DNA of 59,429 bases, the filler included. It is 6 parts of 6 records of this genome, joined end to end, with 100 filler letters (N's around TTAATTAATTAA, not from the genome) between each part and the next. Parts side by side here need not be neighbours in the genome. Positions count along the whole stretch, not along the records: positions 20,854 to 34,003 come from DRR723986_9151; 5 more parts are not named here. One strand, given 5' to 3'. A model generated the notes under the pieces. That model saw only the letters and a list, made by a program, of their open reading frames with translations, ran no database searches and was not told the origin of the DNA. This document shows, one piece after another, positions 21,145 to 29,062 of this stretch. Numbering within the stretch: the first letter of the stretch is position 1; every line of letters starts with the position of its first letter. The translations under genes were made by a program, and so were the position numbers.

Positions 21145-21183
21145 AAAAGCACAACGGCGGAACCCAATGGCCCCGCCGCTATG
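21145..21183 (-). terminator. Intrinsic terminator after giant protein 1
   Basis: Minus strand atagcggcggggcc-attg-ggttccgccgttgt followed by gctttt. Confidence 0.65.
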
Positions 21184-21215
21184 AACTGACTGATTAGAAC
21201 TCTCAACTGCAAATG

Positions 21216-24200
21216 TTAATCCAACAGTGGCACCTGACCGGGATTAACAATTCCAAAGTTGGGAATAAACAGTTGAATAAAGTCGTCGGCAGAGACGCTT
21301 AAATCGCTGTTAAAGTCTCCCGTGCGTACGACGTCGTATTCGTTGCCGCCCAGCGTTACCGTTGTCATGCCCGTTATTCCGTTAAAGACATTGGCCTTGT
21401 CGGTGAAATCAACATCGTTAATTTCTCCCTGTGTGATTGTTACGCGTGTAGCGGAAGCAACGGCAAAATTGCCGCCGTGACGTACAATCACCCAGTAATC
21501 ACCCGTTTGCACATCGCCAAAGTCAGCACTTAAACGCGCAGTTGAGTCGATCAATGCACTTTTGCGGGTTGTTAAAAGGGAACTCGAAAGATCCGCGCCT
21601 TCACGCAGCTCAACGATTGCGGCAGAACGTTTGTGTTTGCTGCCGTCCCACAGGCCATGCATGTAAACATCAATATTTAGCGCCGTTTCGTCCGCTACAA
21701 ACAGTACCAACTTGTCGCTGCGGTAGTCCGGTACGAGCAGCAGGCCGCTGGCCAGATCCGTGTCGCGAATGTCGCTGAACGTACCCGTGAAGTCATCGTA
21801 TTCAACGACGGTAAACTGGTCGCCGGGACGAGGGATAAAACCATCGATTAAGTCAATGTCAAGGATACCGTCAAACACAAGTTGACCGTCGCTGACGCTG
21901 AATTGATCGTAGTCATCGCCCGCAGTTGTGCCGCCAATTTCAGCTTTGTAGACAACCGTTGGCTCCAACTCAAAACGTCCCTGAACGTTAAAACTACCGG
22001 GCGAAGCGCCTGGATTAATCGTACCGAACATTTCGAGGACAACTCCCTGCGAAAAGTCAAAAGTACCGAAACCGCTCAGTGTGGCACCCGTGGCAATTGT
22101 AGCTATTCCGCCATCAAATGTTAAGGTGGCACCGGAAACGGCACTGATGTCTCCAAAGGACTGTAAGCGCGAGTTGCTGTTGCGCAGCTCAATTGTGCGG
22201 TCGCCACCAAAACTGGCCAGTGCCGCAATACTGCCGGTAGTTGAATTTGTTGCCAGGATGTCGTTTTCAACTCGCAGGGTGGCCGAGCGATCAATTGTGT
22301 TATCCAGGTTGTCCAGCTCAATGACTCCGTCATTTAACAGGCCCGTCGCAATTCGCATATTAGCGTTCAGGTCAATGCTGGAGCCTTCAATTGCTATCGC
22401 GCCTGCATTTGCATTCGTCACAAAACCGTTAAACTCGGTGTTGCCGCGCACACTTAACATCGCACTGTTAATCAGTCCGGTGTTGAAGTCTATGTCGCGC
22501 ATGATCATACGCCCCTGATTGTTAAACGGCACGGCACTCTCAATGTCGCCCTGGTGCAATTCAATCAGGCCGGAGCCGGTAATTGTTGCGCCGGTAATTG
22601 TTGTTGTGCCATCCTGCACAAAAAATGTCGCTTGTGTTGATGTCTGGAGTTGGCCGCCAAAGTCAAATTCAGATTGGAAGGTCTGGCTGAGGTCCAGATT
22701 GGCATTCGTCAGGGTTATCTTTCCTGCGTTTTCGAATGTACCACTCTGGTTAAAGATCGTCAATTGTGTGCTCGGCAATATATCACCACGGTTTACAAAC
22801 AGAGCCGCGCCGCTGATAAACACGCGGCGTAGACCTTCGTTTGCGCCGCGGCGTGTGGCAAGTGTAGCTCCAGGCTGGTTAACCATTTCTATCGCCACGC
22901 GCAGCGAGGAGTTTTGCGCAGAAGGTGAGGCTTCACCGAATAAGTCTACCAAACCAAAGTTGGCAAATGTGGCATTAGCCGTTAACTGCGCAGAACCGGA
23001 AGCCGAGCCTGCAATGTCGATCGTCGCACCAGTCGTATTTGTCAGCAGCTCTTCAAAAGTCACCGTATTACGGATTGTCACCAGCGATTGATTCTCAAAG
23101 GGCAGCTCCACAAAGGATGAGCGCAGCAGCGTTGGAGTCTGGCAGATGAACGGCACGCTTCCTTCAAGAGACAGGCTGATCAGTTCGGCAAGGCCGCCAC
23201 CGACAATCGTTCCACCGGAATGGCGAAACTCGCGCGAGTTCACCGTCATCGTCTGTCCCGGTTGAATGTTAATCACTCCGGAGTTTTCCATGCGGCTGGA
23301 AACGCCCGACTGGAAAACGACCAGGTTGGCGCTCGTCACATTAAACGTAGCGCGGTTATCGATAATCCCATTGTTGTTTGTTATTTCCATCGACTCTTCA
23401 CCACCAACCGTACCAAAGTTGCGGAACAGAGCGTTGGGCTGCGGGTTAATCCGCCGGCTGCCGCCAAAGGTTCCTGTCAGCAAACGGATGTTCGCGCCAG
23501 TACAGTTAAGCAGGCTGTTGCCGGCGTTAATCTGAATCTGGCTGGTGCGCGCCGACAGCGTGTGAGCATTACTGAGATTTATGACACCAAAGTTTTTGAG
23601 AGTGCCATTCATCTGCAGGTTGCCATCGCCGCCATCATTGGAGCCGAAGATTTCGAGTGTAGCGTTGGTACCATTTTCCAGATTGCCGTTCAAATTGATG
23701 AGTCCAAACATGGTAAAACGGCCGCGATTAAAGATGTCAACATTAATCGTCCCAAAACGCATGTTCGTGTTGATCTTGGTGAACATCGCGTCACCTTCAA
23801 TAGTCGAAGAAATCAGGGAGAGCAAACCGCCGCCGCTGATCTCCCCGCCGTCACTCCCCAGCGTCCCGTTGTCAACGGAAAGCGTCAAGCCCGTAGAAAC
23901 GGCGATGACACCTGCATTCGTAAACACGGCGTTGGCCGTTAATGCCAGAGCCACCGTTGCCGACGTCAGAGTGATATCCGAACGATTGTCAAAAACACCG
24001 TTGTTCAGATCAATCCGGTAGCCCGTGTCATTACTGATCGAACCGAAGTTAAAGAAGTCACCAGAATCGTCAACTGTCAATTCGCGCGTGCCCGCTACCG
24101 TGCCGGCACGCAGCGAAATTGCTGCGTTTGTGGCATTTGTAAAGCGGTCATTCGGCCGTACGCGCAGACGTGCCGTGCGCGCCGTAACGCCGTCTGTATT

Positions 24201-26000
24201 CGTAATGATAATATTGCCTTCGTTACGCCCGCGATCGTCGATGCGCAGTTCCGCGTCACCAACCGTGCTGCCCTCAACCTTTATGGTGCCGGCAGCCTGA
24301 TTTTCAAAGAGTGCGTTAAAAGTACAGGTGTTGCGCACAAATGCTGTGGACTGATTCACAAAGTCGGCATTGACGGTCACGCCGCGCAGACGCGTCATAG
24401 TCTGGTTTGTAAACTGAGTCGTCCCATTTAATGTTCCAAAATCAAAAATAACCAGTCCGTCACCCAGGATATTACCGCCCTGCTGCTCAAATCGACCGCT
24501 CGACCACAGAACCTGACGGCCGGTAGAAACGTTAACCGTGCCGACGTTAAAGAATTCAGCCGAGCTGTTATTCTGTAAGGTAATATTTGCGGCCGTGGCG
24601 TTGAGCGTGCCCGCATTGAGGAAATCACCATCGGTATTGTTGTCGATCACAAAATCGTTATCGCCATTGATCACGGCAAAGTTTTCAAAACGCGCATCTG
24701 TATTGATGATAATCTGGCGTGTGCCGGCGACGGTTCCGTTGAGCACCTGCACCTCCGCGCCCGTAGCATTTACAAAGTGTGCACTTGCGTTGTTAAGGCG
24801 CAGCGTCTGCGTGCGGCCGCTGGTTGGATGTTCGTTGATCAGGCGCATCAGACCAAAGTTATCCATGCGGCTTTGCAGGCGCAGCTCCGCGTCACCATTA
24901 TTACCACCCAGAACCTGGATGACGGCGCCGGTGGCGTTCATGATTGGCTGGTTGAATGTACTCGTATTGCTCAGGTCCATCTGCTGCGAGTTTTCGAGCG
25001 CTACATCAAAGGTGCAGGAACGCAGGACGCAGTCAAGGTCAGGATCAAAGCTGCTGGTTCCATTGATATCGTTAAAACTCAAAGTCAGCAGGCCATCTCC
25101 GCTCCAGGTTCCAGACTGCTGAACTACGTCACCACTGGAAATATTGAGGCTGCGCGTGGCGCCAACATTACAGGTTCCGCTGTTTATGAACTCAGCATTT
25201 GAGGCCTGATTGGAAGAGAGGTTGGCGCCGGTGACGTTGAGTGTGCCGCGGTTGTCAAACGTAGCATTCGCCTGCGGTGACAGTACCAGCGCCTGGGCAA
25301 CTTCAATTGTTCCAAAGTTGCGCAGTTCGCCGCTGGAGTTGATTGTTATCTGGCGCGTACCGGGAATTATTCCCGGGCTTACCAGGATCGAAGCACCGGT
25401 GGCGTTAATCAGCAAGTCACTGGTGCGCACACTTAAACGTGCGGCGCGTCCGTTGACGGCATCGCTGCCGGTTAAGTGGATACGCCCGCGGTTGTCAAAC
25501 ACTCCATCAACGCGCAGCTCTGCATCACCAATAGTTGAACCTTCAACCGTCACACGCCCGGCTGCGAAGTTACGCGTCGGGTTAACAATTGTGCTGGTTT
25601 GCAGAATGCGCGTGCTGCCTTTCAGGTCGAGCAGTCCCGCGCCGTTTACCGTGCTGCTGCGCAATTGCAGCAAGCCATTCGCCGAGACTTCACTGGCGGC
25701 GTCAAGCGTTAAGGTGCGGAACAGAATTTCCAGCGTCTGTGTGCCGGCGGCCGCTCCCAGTGTCAAACTGTTAATGCTTACATTCGCAGCGTCAAGCGTC
25801 ACGGTGTAGGTGCCGTCAATATCGATAAACACATCATCACCGGCGCCGGGCACTACTCCACCGGCCCATTTTGTAGCGTCATCCCAGTCACCGCTGACTG
25901 CGGAATTCCAGAAAATATCGGCCGCCAGGCCGGCTGCGGAACAGGTGAACCATAAAACTGCTGCGAGAAGCACGCTGCGGAAAACTTGCAATACCATCAT
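21216..26000 (-). CDS. Giant secreted beta-helix repeat protein (adhesin-like) with conserved C-terminal dockerin-like domain, paralog 1
   Basis: 1594 aa; signal peptide (..AGLA-AD); N-terminal W..GDW...W.GG.VP..GDDV motif; six ~210-aa repeats; NPGASPG / EIGGTT..DQ cap; C-terminal GDFNSDLSVSADDF. Confidence 0.75.
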   Translation of the reverse strand: MMVLQVFRSVLLAAVLWFTCSAAGLAADIFWNSAVSGDWDDATKWAGGVVPGAGDDVFIDIDGTYTVTLDAANVSINSLTLGAAAGTQTLEILFRTLTLDAASEVSANGLLQLRSSTVNGAGLLDLKGSTRILQTSTIVNPTRNFAAGRVTVEGSTIGDAELRVDGVFDNRGRIHLTGSDAVNGRAARLSVRTSDLLINATGASILVSPGIIPGTRQITINSSGELRNFGTIEVAQALVLSPQANATFDNRGTLNVTGANLSSNQASNAEFINSGTCNVGATRSLNISSGDVVQQSGTWSGDGLLTLSFNDINGTSSFDPDLDCVLRSCTFDVALENSQQMDLSNTSTFNQPIMNATGAVIQVLGGNNGDAELRLQSRMDNFGLMRLINEHPTSGRTQTLRLNNASAHFVNATGAEVQVLNGTVAGTRQIIINTDARFENFAVINGDNDFVIDNNTDGDFLNAGTLNATAANITLQNNSSAEFFNVGTVNVSTGRQVLWSSGRFEQQGGNILGDGLVIFDFGTLNGTTQFTNQTMTRLRGVTVNADFVNQSTAFVRNTCTFNALFENQAAGTIKVEGSTVGDAELRIDDRGRNEGNIIITNTDGVTARTARLRVRPNDRFTNATNAAISLRAGTVAGTRELTVDDSGDFFNFGSISNDTGYRIDLNNGVFDNRSDITLTSATVALALTANAVFTNAGVIAVSTGLTLSVDNGTLGSDGGEISGGGLLSLISSTIEGDAMFTKINTNMRFGTINVDIFNRGRFTMFGLINLNGNLENGTNATLEIFGSNDGGDGNLQMNGTLKNFGVINLSNAHTLSARTSQIQINAGNSLLNCTGANIRLLTGTFGGSRRINPQPNALFRNFGTVGGEESMEITNNNGIIDNRATFNVTSANLVVFQSGVSSRMENSGVINIQPGQTMTVNSREFRHSGGTIVGGGLAELISLSLEGSVPFICQTPTLLRSSFVELPFENQSLVTIRNTVTFEELLTNTTGATIDIAGSASGSAQLTANATFANFGLVDLFGEASPSAQNSSLRVAIEMVNQPGATLATRRGANEGLRRVFISGAALFVNRGDILPSTQLTIFNQSGTFENAGKITLTNANLDLSQTFQSEFDFGGQLQTSTQATFFVQDGTTTITGATITGSGLIELHQGDIESAVPFNNQGRMIMRDIDFNTGLINSAMLSVRGNTEFNGFVTNANAGAIAIEGSSIDLNANMRIATGLLNDGVIELDNLDNTIDRSATLRVENDILATNSTTGSIAALASFGGDRTIELRNSNSRLQSFGDISAVSGATLTFDGGIATIATGATLSGFGTFDFSQGVVLEMFGTINPGASPGSFNVQGRFELEPTVVYKAEIGGTTAGDDYDQFSVSDGQLVFDGILDIDLIDGFIPRPGDQFTVVEYDDFTGTFSDIRDTDLASGLLLVPDYRSDKLVLFVADETALNIDVYMHGLWDGSKHKRSAAIVELREGADLSSSLLTTRKSALIDSTARLSADFGDVQTGDYWVIVRHGGNFAVASATRVTITQGEINDVDFTDKANVFNGITGMTTVTLGGNEYDVVRTGDFNSDLSVSADDFIQLFIPNFGIVNPGQVPLLD

Positions 26001-26220
26001 TAATCCCAGTTGGAAAAAGTCTGTGTGAGAACGACTACGTGTGATTGTGTACGTGACTGACCCGGGCGAACAAGTTCACACGCGCGTAAAACATACCAAC
26101 AGAAATAACCGGAAGTGTTGATCTGTTTCACGTCGGTCCTGACGACCGACTATACGTGAGCACTTAATCTGCATTGTTAAATGTTCCGATTGAGCCAAAC
26201 ATGGTGCAAGGGAACATACA

Positions 26221-26228
26221 CAAATATA
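26221..26228 (-). promoter_or_regulatory. Candidate Bacteroidota-type -7 promoter element (TAnnTTTG)
   Basis: Minus strand TATATTTG ~220 nt upstream of the paralog 1 start; no well-spaced -33 TTTG. Confidence 0.35.
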
Positions 26229-26407
26229 CGTAAGACCGTACAATGCAGCATGATGCATCTGCAGGAGTCCCGTGAGAATTTGTCAACAGCGCCGGTCCAC
26301 AGATGGTAGACTGTTTATCTGCTGTGGGAATTTCAATCTCTAAAAACTACAGTCGGGTGATGTGTGTAGCCTTGTGAAGCCGGCTGAATAGTACTAATCA
26401 GGCACTC

Positions 26408-27121
26408 CTATACACCACCGCCCCACTCAGGTTTGAAGTAGTCTTCCAGCTCTGTCAGAGTTTGCGCATCAGTTTCTAAGTCTTTAACAATACGTCCATT
26501 GTCAATTACAATGATGCGGGTACACAGTGAACTTACGTTCTTGAGGTCGTGACTTGAAACGACAATAGTCATATCACTGTGCCGATTGCGATGTTTCAAA
26601 TTATCTCGTAAAATTGCCTGAGAGCGCGGATCGAGGTGGGCAAAGGGCTCATCAAGCAGCAGTAATTGCGGCCGCGCAAGCAGGGCGCCGGCTATGCCGA
26701 TTTTACTCTGATTACCCTGTGAATATTCCTGAATCAGTTTGCCACCGTCAATAATATCATCGCCCAAAAACACTTTCATCTCTTCAAAAAAATGACTGAC
26801 GTCTTGCGCAGGCATTCCATAGGTTTTGGCAATAAACTCCAAATACTCAGGCGCTGTCAGGTATGGGATTAAAAACGACTCGCCCAGAAACGCCGCGGTA
26901 TCTTGTTTCCACTCTTCCGAATCCGCCACATTTACGCCACGGTTCAGCACCTGCCCTGACGTTGCTTCCAGCAAGTCAAGCATCAAGCGCATGAACGTTG
27001 TTTTACCTGCTCCATTGTTACCGACGAGCCCGACACATTCACCGGAGTGAATTAAAAAGCTTGCGATATCCAGCACTTTACGTTTGTCGTAGTACTTCTC
27101 TAATTTGTGTACTTCTATCAT
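26408..27121 (-). CDS. ABC transporter ATP-binding protein
   Basis: GNNGAGKTT, YSQGN signature variant, LLLDEP, SSHDL; ATGA overlap with upstream permease. Confidence 0.92.
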   Translation of the reverse strand: MIEVHKLEKYYDKRKVLDIASFLIHSGECVGLVGNNGAGKTTFMRLMLDLLEATSGQVLNRGVNVADSEEWKQDTAAFLGESFLIPYLTAPEYLEFIAKTYGMPAQDVSHFFEEMKVFLGDDIIDGGKLIQEYSQGNQSKIGIAGALLARPQLLLLDEPFAHLDPRSQAILRDNLKHRNRHSDMTIVVSSHDLKNVSSLCTRIIVIDNGRIVKDLETDAQTLTELEDYFKPEWGGGV

Positions 27122-28626
27122 GTCCCATCCTGTTTACGAAAACCCTCTAACATTTTATACTTACGCGTGTGCAACTGTGCCTCAGCGGATTCCAAAATCA
27201 CGCGTCGGAACACAACTCCCAGCCCACCTAGACAAGCAAACACGATCAGCCCAACTGTGACGGCATCCAATAATTCCCAGGGCAGAAAAAGTAGTATCGG
27301 CAAATACAGAACAACTACAGGAATCAAATATTGAAGATTAGACGTTCCCTGATGATTGTTGGCTTTATGTACTCTTAAGTCAACCGGCGTTGAATTGTAG
27401 GTTCCCACCCAAAGAATGAAAGGAATGTTAACGCCAATATTATAGATCGCAGCAACAAAGAGTACGGGCAAAAGACGCTCATCCAGCAAAACATAGGGCA
27501 TTGAAAGTACGAGCCCGGCAATGGTAAAACCCATCATCAGTTTATACTTGGCGTCGAGATAATCATGTATAGATGTTGGCCCCGCCAGCAGCAACTCAAA
27601 GAATGCACTGTTCCAGCTAAACACAAACCCACTGTAGAACACCATTAAAGCACCAGTGCACATGATGCTCATCCCTATGAAAAAAGGATACCCCACGATG
27701 TTAGGAGTCAGAAAAAAGAACAGAACCCCCGACAACATAAATAATAGTGCGTTGCGCCGCGCAAAACGAACACGCGGAACGCGCTGAAATGACGTCCACT
27801 CAACAGCCAGGAGTGCTCCCGGGACGCCTAGCCGCTCCAGCAGATTCTTGAGCTTTGACCGCCCTACACTGTCGGCAGCTTTGCGCCACCCAAGGCCGGA
27901 AACATTAATGTAACGCGGCAGACTTCGCTGAGCGTATAGGAAGACACAAAAGTAAAGAACGAGCGCAGCCAGCACATATATCGGAGCCTCCAGCACTAAC
28001 CCCAAATATTCAGCAAGCAGCGCCGGGCCAGAGAAATACTTGGCGGCTTGAGCTGCAAGTACCACTACCACAGTGATAACCAGCACAGCCAAACGCCGAC
28101 TGCGCCCAGCTGTAGGTACTCTTAAAGCAAAGACCAGAAAGCTATTAAACAGGAGTAAAGACATAATGGCCAGCGCCCAGGCAAAAATTGGCAGGGCGCC
28201 GTATTCCGTCGGCATGATCCGCAATGCCATCACAGCCACAAACACCATCGGAACAATGTTGAAGAGACTCAGCATTGAGCCAATCAGACTCACATCCCTT
28301 AATTCACGACTTTCAATCGGTAGTAAACGACAAATTTCTGGTGGACGCAGCCGGTAACGCTGCAGCATTAGCCGTAAGGCGATATCAATTGGCAGGTAAT
28401 ACGCCAACAGCCAGTTACACTTTTCAACTATGGAATGGCTGCGGAAAAAATAGGCAATCGGAATTTCAATAAAAGCCGCTAAAACTAAGAGCTCAACAGC
28501 GCAATAAATAAACGCTAAAACCAGAAATACTTGAATTGCAATGTGCTGTCGCAGGAAAAAGTTGCGTAAGCCGCGCTTCCATTCCAGAGACGCAAGAGAT
28601 AAACCGAGTCTTAAACCACTACGCAT
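27118..28626 (-). CDS. Multi-pass ABC permease (DUF5687-like)
   Basis: 502 aa, ~12 TM; LEWKR, FSWNS.FF, Y...KY and KY.MLEGFRK motifs as in Bacteroidota DUF5687; coupled to ABC ATPase. Confidence 0.7.
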   Translation of the reverse strand: MRSGLRLGLSLASLEWKRGLRNFFLRQHIAIQVFLVLAFIYCAVELLVLAAFIEIPIAYFFRSHSIVEKCNWLLAYYLPIDIALRLMLQRYRLRPPEICRLLPIESRELRDVSLIGSMLSLFNIVPMVFVAVMALRIMPTEYGALPIFAWALAIMSLLLFNSFLVFALRVPTAGRSRRLAVLVITVVVVLAAQAAKYFSGPALLAEYLGLVLEAPIYVLAALVLYFCVFLYAQRSLPRYINVSGLGWRKAADSVGRSKLKNLLERLGVPGALLAVEWTSFQRVPRVRFARRNALLFMLSGVLFFFLTPNIVGYPFFIGMSIMCTGALMVFYSGFVFSWNSAFFELLLAGPTSIHDYLDAKYKLMMGFTIAGLVLSMPYVLLDERLLPVLFVAAIYNIGVNIPFILWVGTYNSTPVDLRVHKANNHQGTSNLQYLIPVVVLYLPILLFLPWELLDAVTVGLIVFACLGGLGVVFRRVILESAEAQLHTRKYKMLEGFRKQDGT

Positions 28627-28840
28627 ATTGCCCCTGGATTAAAAGTACTGCCGCTGCTACTTTTCACAGCGCGCGTCATTTACGCTCTGATTCGCACATT
28701 GTTTCAGCAATATTTGTGAATCATGTACACTCTTGTGCCTATTGAGTCCCGAAGTCTGGATTGGTGTTACCAGACTCATAGACTTGTGGTAGTTCAGAAC
28801 TTCTCGCCAGAAAGTTCTTAACTTAAGGCTCAGTGACCAG

Positions 28841-28904
28841 CACAAAATTCCAACTAGCCTGAGATGCAAGTGTAGTGTAGCGAACGCGGCAGCTCAAAGC
28901 GCCA
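28841..28904 (-). repeat. Conserved non-coding hairpin element, copy 2
   Basis: cacaaaattccaactagcctgagatgc...ggcagctcaaagcgcca. Confidence 0.75.
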
Positions 28905-28980
28905 CTTAACAATTAGAGACTAAACCAGGATGCAAGTTCTGCAGAAAACACCGTCCAATCCAGAAAATTCATTCGGATAC

Positions 28981-29011
28981 AAAAAATGACGCGACCTCTC
29001 GGCCGCGCCAT
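28981..29011 (-). terminator. Intrinsic terminator after giant protein 2
   Basis: Minus strand atggcgcggcc-GAGA-ggtcgcgtcat followed by a U-tract. Confidence 0.8.
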
Positions 29012-29062
29012 CATATTGTTAGAACAAACACAATCGTTTAAACTTAAACCATTTGAGGAGCA

